A stretch of 62,557 nucleotides of DNA, the filler included, from Anaerolineae bacterium (lineage in GTDB: Bacteria > Chloroflexota > Anaerolineae > Epilineales > Epilineaceae), in the NCBI GenBank assembly GCA_029262755.1. It is 5 parts of 5 records of this genome, joined end to end, with 100 filler letters (N's around TTAATTAATTAA, not from the genome) between each part and the next. Parts side by side here need not be neighbours in the genome. Positions count along the whole stretch, not along the records: positions 10,434 to 34,777 come from JAJCYU010000309.1; 4 more parts are not named here. One strand, written 5' to 3'. The notes below the pieces were generated by a model. The model had not been told where the DNA came from, ran no database searches, and worked only from the letters and a program-made list of their open reading frames with translations. The position numbers were made by a program, and so were the translations under genes. Shown piece after piece: positions 19,501 through 26,487 of the stretch; positions within the stretch are counted from its first letter, which is position 1; every line of letters starts with the position of its first letter.

Positions 19501-20615
19501 TCGAGGCCGTTCTCTCCGACGACCCAGCCGCTACCTGGCTGCTGCGTGCGGGCGATGAGGTCGAAGCATCGTGGCAAGGAGGGAGCCGGACTCCTCACTC
19601 CGGCGCCCTGGTCATGCGGGTCGTCGGTCTCGGTGCGCGGATCGAGGACGGCGCCCTCGGGCTACGAGGCTGGGCGCCGCCGGACTCCGACGTGCTCGTC
19701 CTGCTGAGCGGGCCAGGGCTGCCGAGCCGCGTTCCCGGTATCACCCAGCGACCCGCCGCGGACGGCACCTTCCGGCTCGCGATGCCCCTTGCCGAGCTGG
19801 CGACCGCCGGTCTGACCGCGGAGGTCGGGGTTCTCGACGAGGGCGGGCATCGAAGCTACGTGGTCGACCGACTGCCCTATCTGGAAGTGCGGTTGAACCG
19901 CGCCGTCTTCACCGGGCGCGCGCGCCCACGCTCCTCGCTAGCCTTCACCCTTCTGGAGGGCGGGCGGGTCGTCGCCACGGCCCGCGAAGAGGCCGGATCC
20001 ACCGGCGCCTTCGTGGCGCGTTTCGCCGCGCCGGACGATAGCTCCGTTTCCGCCACGAGCGGCGGTCGGCTCGAGGTGCGCGAGGTGGATGGCCGCATGA
20101 CGCGCCTCGAGCTGCCCTTGCTTTCCGTCTCCATCGACGCGCCGGGCCGCGCCGTGCGCGGGCTTGCACCGCCTGGTCAGGAGATTGCGCTACGTTTGCT
20201 CGCGCTGGGCCGACCGGCGCTCACCGTCCATCCGCGCGCCGATGCCGGAGGGCGATGGGCGGTGAGCGAGTCCGCGTTGCCGGCCGGCGCGGAGGTGGCG
20301 GGCTTGCGTCTTGCGGAGGCGCGCGTGTCGGCGGGCGGCGGGCACAGGGTCGTCGCGGTAGCGGGGCCCGGCGCTACGCCGCCCGTGGTTCCGCCTTCGT
20401 CGACACCGCCGGCGGATGCGACGGCGCCGGTCACGGCAACAGCCTCCCCAAATCGGCCGACAGCGACCGGCGCCACGCCGACCGCATCGCGGACACCGCA
20501 GCCGGATGTAGGGACCCCGATGCCGACGACCGGCGCTACCGTAGGACCGTCGGCTACACCGGACGGCGCTCGGCCCTTCGCGCTGTTCTTGCCCGTCTGC
20601 GAGCACGGGCGCTAG
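16569..20615 (+). CDS. Large secreted repetitive beta-sandwich protein with PT linker and C-terminal FALFLPVCEHGR tail (start uncertain, maybe 16737)
   Basis: 4-kb ORF with recurring V.G.A.P...V.V and AD..G.F...L motifs, a hydrophobic N-terminal segment and a P/T-rich tail. Confidence 0.75.
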   Translation: MGRPLANAVAMLAGPTDNIHTICSHDPSPPGLHPLSSLVCLTLRPASARARSPIGAVNAIRIRRTVSWSVLCAILLAWGAVTPLRRAIGGNQQHGTDMRLYLDTPHITWRAIAGTRATFTLAFGGDVVGQAEVVAQGDGVVETTLLPVGGARTPSAARLRAGAVLTTSLAGTAPFAVTVPAVTVQRARGAAASLSAAGPPRQPYTATFRAAHEVIGIEAGVAPASGHVVLSSPVGWRAGPGHSVTLDWRAADGTMLVRRWDAARFEAFLGSTRTLATAPHGSLLEVNSARSGKAIARAGPSVITGAPNVEPSMAMDLVPTGVGDPRIRAGDMVSLSMAAGLLVSGTAPRIRARVLPNRDEVAGIGPAGARLDLVARNGDVLATRVVTVAASGAFSTSFAGAGGLDLLAETRVSVHRDEAEGALRWTAQAEAERMTVTLGSPDLQGRAAPETTVAASLRTAGVTRTLAEDTTQAGPDGAFALRMLDSKGATVDAAQGQRLLGVWEFGGAVDVSLPNLMAAVDTVLGVVSGVAPPGALVRVRMAGTNGTFEERAGLADSQGRYAVPFPDRDADDAWHGDAAIRVGDALTVVRPFARVHVHARVGEPAITIEGPPKSRLRVVLERGGIAIAEGEGTLPDDGWGAGGPGSGTTSSANLESRDQAGFVAPVSAGDVLRVWVGGSSHAAEVPTIAWESNTVIDRVTGYERAAESVTIQAGRAQSSSPEQPLDVDEEGVFRLATRDEIGWDLRPGDTVTVTARTGVFSFVESAHVAGLQIDMDRGRVTGLAGPGSRLTAGLYEAGGRRVAQAAASADPAGHFDLSLRDVLGAAVVPGEGQTLVVQEGTRVTTTLVPRLLFAVDTIADRLTGELAPGGRLLADVSRPTGDRGARARVELEGATGRWVIDLKGRLDLAAGSAVVILAQGIAGEEWLRETRVPQLHARVDDVVVHGTASPNATVWISVTRGGAMLAGGQRTATDSGAFEAVLSDDPAATWLLRAGDEVEASWQGGSRTPHSGALVMRVVGLGARIEDGALGLRGWAPPDSDVLVLLSGPGLPSRVPGITQRPAADGTFRLAMPLAELATAGLTAEVGVLDEGGHRSYVVDRLPYLEVRLNRAVFTGRARPRSSLAFTLLEGGRVVATAREEAGSTGAFVARFAAPDDSSVSATSGGRLEVREVDGRMTRLELPLLSVSIDAPGRAVRGLAPPGQEIALRLLALGRPALTVHPRADAGGRWAVSESALPAGAEVAGLRLAEARVSAGGGHRVVAVAGPGATPPVVPPSSTPPADATAPVTATASPNRPTATGATPTASRTPQPDVGTPMPTTGATVGPSATPDGARPFALFLPVCEHGR

Positions 20616-20650
20616 AGCGGCTGGACGCGCTCTTAGGGCTCGTCCAGCCC

Positions 20651-21049
20651 TTAGATCAGGCCCCAGTCGGACCAGTCGCCGCCTTCCATCAACTCCGGCG
20701 ACCACCGGGGCTCTTCCAGCAACGTCACCTTGGGCGATAGCGGCGAGATTTGGCGCGCCACGTCCTTCACCTGCTGGATGATCGTTCCAGCGTACGGACA
20801 GAACGGCGTGGTCAGGATCATGCGCACCTCGACTTCGCCCGCCGTGGGATCGAAGACGATCTCGCGAATTAGACCCAGGGTGACAATATCAATATTGATC
20901 TCGGGATCGACCACCATGCGCAGCGCCTCTCGCATCTCGCTCTCGGCTGCCAGGTGCTCGGGATCGTGCTCGATCGGTGCCGCGACAGCGTCCGTCGCGG
21001 CTGCAACCAGGCGATCGCTGTTGGGATCTTGCTCCGAAGTCTCGGACAT
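20651..21049 (-). CDS. DUF59 / SufT-PaaD-like Fe-S cluster assembly factor
   Basis: ALRMVVDPEINIDIVTLGLI, MILTTPFCPYA, EPRWSPE. Confidence 0.9.
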   Translation of the reverse strand: MSETSEQDPNSDRLVAAATDAVAAPIEHDPEHLAAESEMREALRMVVDPEINIDIVTLGLIREIVFDPTAGEVEVRMILTTPFCPYAGTIIQQVKDVARQISPLSPKVTLLEEPRWSPELMEGGDWSDWGLI

Positions 21050-21080
21050 CGAATCTGGCCTTTCGTGCGCAACGCGCTCG

Positions 21081-21920
21081 TTACTCGTCATAGAGGACCG
21101 TCGGCTCTTGATAGTAGCGGATCTCACGGGCAAGCATCTTGTGTCGAATCCATGAAGCGAGCCATTCGTTTTTCTCGGAGCGCGGTCGCGCTTCCGCTAA
21201 GCGTGTGAGCGGGTAGTTCACGCGCAGCGCGCGGCCTGGAATCACATGACGGGAGATTCCGCTTGGCAACTTTCCGTCTGCGCGGACCACGGCCAAGACG
21301 TCATCGGGCCGAAATGTCGGAAAGACGATCAACGCGCTGAGGTCCTCGTAGTCCGGTTGTAGCGGCACAATGTCCGTGCCCTGCACTCTGTGGATGTCGG
21401 CCCGGCCGTTGTAGGCCTGGACCATGGACCGCAAACAAGACGCGACCTCGATGATCCCCTGTCCGCCATGCACGGTGAAGCTCGTCGTCTGCGCATCCGG
21501 CAGCGACAGGAATCCGATCGCGTCGCGAGCTTCCACCTTGGCGCGGGCTTCGTCCGCGGAACAGGGCCGTAGCTCCACTTCCGGCAGCCCGTCGAGCGTA
21601 TCTACGAGGTCGGCGCCGCTGAACGCCACGAGCAAGTGGTGCCAACTGTGAAGTTCGACCGCGTCGTAGTCCACAATCTGCACCATCGCGTCACGATACT
21701 CCAGGTACTTCAGCGCCGAGACGCGGTTTGCGCCGTCTAGGACCACGTAGCGTCCATCCCCGATCGGCGCCACGATCGGTGGATTGCGCACCTCGCCGTC
21801 GCGCTGCACGCGCTCGGCGAGGGCAGCGATGCGCCGCGCGTCGAAGTCTTCATGCGGCACGATTCGTTCGAGCGCCACGATGCGCAGATCGGGCAGCGCG
21901 AAGCCGCGTGGACTGCTCAC
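21081..21920 (-). CDS. ParB/Srx-domain protein of SbnI/SerK (free L-serine kinase) type
   Basis: PHE(24)...RNPPIV...RYVVLD(62)GANR N-terminal domain, plus SWHH and LPSGISRHVIPGRAL C-terminal motifs. No ParB HTH. GTGA overlap with cbs. Confidence 0.75.
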   Translation of the reverse strand: MSSPRGFALPDLRIVALERIVPHEDFDARRIAALAERVQRDGEVRNPPIVAPIGDGRYVVLDGANRVSALKYLEYRDAMVQIVDYDAVELHSWHHLLVAFSGADLVDTLDGLPEVELRPCSADEARAKVEARDAIGFLSLPDAQTTSFTVHGGQGIIEVASCLRSMVQAYNGRADIHRVQGTDIVPLQPDYEDLSALIVFPTFRPDDVLAVVRADGKLPSGISRHVIPGRALRVNYPLTRLAEARPRSEKNEWLASWIRHKMLAREIRYYQEPTVLYDE

Positions 21921-23422
21921 GCGGAGCCGGTGACGGTCGTGACGTCTTGTCCGTGCCCGTAGCCGCGCGCGCTCGCGTAGTGATCCGTCACGTAGTCGAT
22001 GAGATCGATCTTCGTCAGCACGGCGCTCAGCTGCTCCTCGTGCCGCACGAGCGCGAGCTCCGTGTCGTTGAATATGCGTCCGAGCACCGAAAGCGTCGTC
22101 CCGGGTTCCACGATGGCCACCCGGTTGCTCACCAGGCCTGCGATCGGATCCTGTGGCGACGCGCCCTCCGCGGCTTCCGCGACCAGGTGCTGCAGCAGGT
22201 CGCGCTCGGCAACCACACCTGCGATCTCGCCGTGCTCATCGACGACCGGCACTTGGGAGATTCCATGCTTCTTCATGAGCTCGACCACTTCGGCCACCTT
22301 GGCCTGCGGGGTGATATGCACGACGTCACGGCCGCCGCGCGTCGCAAGCACGTCGGCGACCGTCCCGTAGATCCGCTCCGTCATCTCAAAGCCGTTCTCC
22401 CGCAACCAGTCATCGTTGAACACTTTGGACAGGTACCGGCTGCCGGAATCCGGCAACAGAATCACCACGACCGATTCTGGTCCCAGCTTGCGATCTCGAA
22501 TGTACTTCAAGGCGCCGACGACCGCGCTTCCGCAAGAACCACCGACGAACATCCCTTCCTCGCGCACCAGGCGGCGCGTCATACGGAAACTCTCACCGTC
22601 CGTGACCTGGACGATATCGTCCACGACCGAGAAGTCGGTGGTGGAGGGCAGAAAATCTTCGCCGATCCCCTCCACCTTGTACGTCCGCGCTTGAGGCATG
22701 ATTCCCGTATAGAAGAAGTCGTGCAGGACCGAGCCGACCGGATCGACACCCACGATCTGGATGTCGGCATTCTGTTCCTTGAGGTATTTGCCGACACCGC
22801 TGATGGTGCCGCCCGTGCCGAGGCTACAGATGAAGTGCGTGATCCGGCCACCGGTTTGGGTCCAGAGTTCCGGCCCCGTCGTGTCGTAATGCGCTTTGGG
22901 ATTGGCCGGATTGTGGTACTGGTTGGCCAGAATCGCGCCCGGCGTTTCTTCGACCAGCTTTCGCGCCACCGAGTAGTACGAGCGCGGATCGTCCGGTTCC
23001 ACCGCAGTAGGCGTAATCACGACGCGTGACCCGTAGGCCCGAAGCAGCCGGATCTTCTCGTCCGACATCTTGTCGGGCATGACGAAGATCGTGTCGTAGC
23101 CGCGCAGCGCCGCATTGATGGCCAGGCCGACACCGGTGTTGCCCGACGTCGACTCCACGATCGTCCCGCCTGGACGCAGGCTGCCGTCGGCTTCGGCGGC
23201 GTCGATCATCGCCTCGCCGATCCGGTCCTTGACGCTGCCGCCCGGGTTGAAGAATTCCACCTTGACCAACACGTCGGCCGCTTCCGAGCCCGCGATGCGG
23301 CCGAGCCGAACCAGAGGCGTATTGCCGATCGTCTGGACGATGTCCTCCAGCACTCCCGGCATCGCCGCGCGCTCCGGGCGCGCGCGTTCGGTCTGTTGTG
23401 TTCCTTCGATTGCCTCGCCCAC
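21917..23422 (-). CDS. cbs: Cystathionine beta-synthase (PLP) with C-terminal CBS-domain pair
   Basis: KVEFFNPGGSVKDRIG, ESTSGNTG, GTGGT, YKVEGIGEDF, LPDSGSRYLSK, tandem CBS domains (ISQVPVVD). Confidence 0.9.
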   Translation of the reverse strand: MGEAIEGTQQTERARPERAAMPGVLEDIVQTIGNTPLVRLGRIAGSEAADVLVKVEFFNPGGSVKDRIGEAMIDAAEADGSLRPGGTIVESTSGNTGVGLAINAALRGYDTIFVMPDKMSDEKIRLLRAYGSRVVITPTAVEPDDPRSYYSVARKLVEETPGAILANQYHNPANPKAHYDTTGPELWTQTGGRITHFICSLGTGGTISGVGKYLKEQNADIQIVGVDPVGSVLHDFFYTGIMPQARTYKVEGIGEDFLPSTTDFSVVDDIVQVTDGESFRMTRRLVREEGMFVGGSCGSAVVGALKYIRDRKLGPESVVVILLPDSGSRYLSKVFNDDWLRENGFEMTERIYGTVADVLATRGGRDVVHITPQAKVAEVVELMKKHGISQVPVVDEHGEIAGVVAERDLLQHLVAEAAEGASPQDPIAGLVSNRVAIVEPGTTLSVLGRIFNDTELALVRHEEQLSAVLTKIDLIDYVTDHYASARGYGHGQDVTTVTGSA

Positions 23423-23591
23423 CGATGCACCTCGCGCCGGGCGCCGCCAACCTGCAGGCCCTGTGACCTGTACCGGCGGATCCGGCGGTTGCGTGCGTCC
23501 CTCAAGCGGCGCAAAGGGTGCCCGCGGCCGGGCGGGCGGTCAAGGGTTCGACGGGCGCTCGGTGGCACCGAGCAACCCCTCGACCCCATCC

Positions 23592-23643
23592 GATTGCCCG
23601 TTGTGATTGTGCGCTGCCATTGCCCGTTTCGATTGCGCCCTAC
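23592..23643. repeat. Intergenic 13-bp degenerate tandem repeat x4
   Basis: GATTGCCCGTTGT GATTGTGCGCTGC CATTGCCCGTTTC GATTGCGCCCTAC. Confidence 0.6.
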
Positions 23644-23815
23644 GACGTCGGCGGTCCTGCGGCCACCGGGTAGGGCGGTCGCGCAGTGGGCGGGCCGCCG
23701 CGCCCGCCGTCCCTATGGCGATTCCCCGCTCCCGACAGCTCGGTCACGCCCCGATCGGCGCGCAGCCGCGCGCCGCCGCGCGCCGCCTTCACGATAGGAG
23801 CCCTGGCGCCCCTGC

Positions 23816-25609
23816 ATGGTAGGATTGCCGGCCGATTCCGGCCCCCGCAAGGTGTTCGAGCCCATGAACGCGCCGCCTGATCCCGACTCGCCGCTCGAAG
23901 CCGACCTGCCGGTCTCATCCAAGAAGCCAGACGCGCCCTCCCAAGACGATGCAATGGCCGCGAAGCGAAGCGGTGACCCCGGCGTCTCTGGAGGCGAAGG
24001 GCAATCGGGCAGGACGATCGCGGACGGCGTCGACGTCGAGCGCAAGGCGCACATGGCCCGTTCCTCCGTGCTGGTCATGGGAGCCTTCATCGTATCGAAG
24101 CTTATCGGCTTGCTGCGCGAAAGGGCGATCGGCCACCAATTTGGTGTCTCCCCCGAATACGACGCCTATGTCGCGGCCTTCCGCATCCCGGACTTGCTCT
24201 TTACGTTGATCGCCGGCGGCGCACTTGTCAGCGCCTTTCTGCCCGTCTTCGCCGCCGCGCTGACCGACGAGGACGAGACCGACGCCGCGGCCTGGCGCCT
24301 GGCCAGTGGCGTGACGAACCTGGTCTTCTTGGTGACGGCCGTACTCTCCGGGCTGTCGGCGCTCACCGCACCTTGGCTCGCGACGGTGATCGCGCCGGGC
24401 TTCACACCGGATCAACAAGCCCTCACCGCGGAACTCATGCGGGTGATCTTGATCAGCACATGCGTGTTTGCCGTCAGCGGCATCCAGATGGGCATCTTGA
24501 ACGCCTACCAACATTTCCTCACCCCGGCTCTGGCACCGATCGTCTACAACGGCGGCATCCTCATCGGCGCGTTGTGGTTCGCGCCGCGCCTGGGCGTGCA
24601 CGGTCTTGCCTGGGGCGTCGTGCTTGGCGCAGCGGGACACTTGCTCGTCAAGGTGCCGAGCCTGGTGCGTCGCGGCTTCCGCTGGGAGCCACTGCTCGAT
24701 CTACGCGACGCTGCGCTGCGCCGCGTGCTGTGGCTGATGTGGCCCCGTGTGCTCTCGATGTTCACCGTTCAATTGGTGTTCCTGGTCAACACCCGTCTTG
24801 CCTCGCAAATCGAGTCGGGCTCCGTGGCGGCGCTAAACTACGCCTGGGTGATCAGCCAAATGCCGCAGACGATCCTCGGCACCGCGATCGCCACCGTCGC
24901 ATTCCCGACCCTCGCCGAGCTCGCCGCGACCGGACGCCGTGTGGCGCTGCGGACCACGTTCGTCGAAGCGCTGCGCGTGATGATGGCGCTGGCCGTGCCC
25001 GCCGCCGTCGCGCTGCTCGTGCTCGCAGGACCGGTCATTTCGGTATTGCTGCAAACGGGACAGTTCGGCCCCGACGCAGCCGCCGCCACCCGCTTGGCGC
25101 TGGAGATGTTCGCCCTCGGTTTGGTCGGCCATGTCACCTTCGAGGTGGTCGCCCGGGTCTTCTACGCCCAACAGGACACCTTGACCCCACTCTACATCGG
25201 CGCTCTGGCCATGGCCCTCAACATCGTCCTGGCCTACGCGCTCGTCGGCCCGCTGGCCCAAGGAGGGTTGGCCTTGGCCAACTCGATCGCGGTCTCGCTC
25301 GAGGTCTGGATCGCGCTGATGATCTTGCGGCGCCGCCTTGGCCGCGTGGGCGGCCGCCAACTGGCGGGCACCTTGGCTCGCTCGCTCGCCGCGGCGGCCG
25401 TCATGGCGCTGGCCATGACCGCGGCCCTCGGCGCGCTACCCGATGCCGTGCGCATCGGCCCGCTGGACGGCCCCTTCGTGGACGGCGCGGCGCGTTTGGG
25501 CATCGGCGCTTCGGTGGGCAGCGTTGTCTACCTCGCCGCCGCGCTGGCCATGGGGATGCCCGAGGCGCGGGCGGGATTGCGCTGGCTACGCGGGCGTCTG
25601 GGCACTTGA
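23816..25609 (+). CDS. murJ: Lipid II flippase MurJ/MviN (start uncertain)
   Basis: SKLIGLLRE, DAYVAAFRIPD, GGALVSAFLPVF, FYAQQDTLTP, GLALANS; many TM helices. Confidence 0.93.
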   Translation: MVGLPADSGPRKVFEPMNAPPDPDSPLEADLPVSSKKPDAPSQDDAMAAKRSGDPGVSGGEGQSGRTIADGVDVERKAHMARSSVLVMGAFIVSKLIGLLRERAIGHQFGVSPEYDAYVAAFRIPDLLFTLIAGGALVSAFLPVFAAALTDEDETDAAAWRLASGVTNLVFLVTAVLSGLSALTAPWLATVIAPGFTPDQQALTAELMRVILISTCVFAVSGIQMGILNAYQHFLTPALAPIVYNGGILIGALWFAPRLGVHGLAWGVVLGAAGHLLVKVPSLVRRGFRWEPLLDLRDAALRRVLWLMWPRVLSMFTVQLVFLVNTRLASQIESGSVAALNYAWVISQMPQTILGTAIATVAFPTLAELAATGRRVALRTTFVEALRVMMALAVPAAVALLVLAGPVISVLLQTGQFGPDAAAATRLALEMFALGLVGHVTFEVVARVFYAQQDTLTPLYIGALAMALNIVLAYALVGPLAQGGLALANSIAVSLEVWIALMILRRRLGRVGGRQLAGTLARSLAAAAVMALAMTAALGALPDAVRIGPLDGPFVDGAARLGIGASVGSVVYLAAALAMGMPEARAGLRWLRGRLGT

Positions 25610-25720
25610 TCGGGCTCGCGGCTCCTAGCCCGACGTTCTCGGATCCGATCAACCTAGGCGAGCATCCGTGTCATCGCCGAACGTGAGATCAAGATGACCC
25701 GACGACGGCAACTTCCGTGA

Positions 25721-25758
25721 CGTGGCACCGTAGTGGCGTGGCAGCGTAGTGGCGTGGC
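25721..25758. repeat. 16-bp tandem repeat, about 2.4 copies, between convergent genes
   Basis: CGTGGCACCGTAGTGG CGTGGCAGCGTAGTGG CGTGGC. Confidence 0.6.
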
Positions 25759-25839
25759 CATCCGATGTCGCGCAATTCCATCTACGCGATCGCCGTGCGT
25801 CACGTTGTTGGAACGCGTGATCGGGAGCCGTCTACCCTC

Positions 25840-26487
25840 TTAGGCACGCCTCGGCGGGATGGACACCGGTACCCGGTACGCGGATGCGGCGACGAGCGCG
25901 AGCGCGAAGGCGACGACGTGGGCCAGGTCGGCTATCCACGCGTCCGGGGCCGTGAAGGCTCCTCCCGAAAGGGTTCGTACCACCAGGATGGCTGCGAGGC
26001 CCAACCCAACGAGGACTGCAGCCGGCCTCCGAACAAGATCGCGCTCCAGCAGCCCGATCCCGTACGCCAGACAGGCGAAATAGCCCGCGGACGGCCCAAC
26101 ATCCGGCACCGTTGTGAGAACGGTCGCAGCCTCCGGCCAGAACCGGCCGCTGATCGGCAGCAAGACCGCGGCGAGGAGGAGGACGGTTGCTGCGTGACCG
26201 ACCCAGAACACCAGCGCGGTGATTCGGCTTCCGTTTCGGAATTCCAGCCAGGCAAGGACCGCAACCAGCGTTAGCCACGATCGCCAAAATACAAGGCCCC
26301 CGTGCGTAATGAGCACGCTGCTGAAGACTCGTTCCCAATGGAGTTGAAGTACATGTCGAGCGTTCAGCCCGACGTACGAGAGCGTCGCATGGTCGATGCG
26401 CGACCAGGCGGTTCCCGAACCGATCGCGATTCCAAGCATCAACGTGCTCATCGTTAGGGTCACCGGCAATCGGGCGAGGCGCCGCAT
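25840..26487 (-). CDS. Rhomboid-like membrane protein
   Basis: About 6 TM helices with WERVFSS, GHAAT, DVGPSAG (Ser) and DLAH (His) motifs. TGATG coupling to mprF. Confidence 0.7.
   Translation of the reverse strand: MRRLARLPVTLTMSTLMLGIAIGSGTAWSRIDHATLSYVGLNARHVLQLHWERVFSSVLITHGGLVFWRSWLTLVAVLAWLEFRNGSRITALVFWVGHAATVLLLAAVLLPISGRFWPEAATVLTTVPDVGPSAGYFACLAYGIGLLERDLVRRPAAVLVGLGLAAILVVRTLSGGAFTAPDAWIADLAHVVAFALALVAASAYRVPVSIPPRRA

Noticed and set aside
21081..21920. Chromosome-partition ParB
   Set aside because: No HTH or dimerisation region, no parA, and motifs and context fit the SbnI/SerK type better.
23430..23810. SAM riboswitch or tRNA upstream of cbs (GGTTCGA present)
   Set aside because: Core SAM-I and SAM-IV elements not found by eye, and GGTTCGA lacks a T-arm or cloverleaf context.
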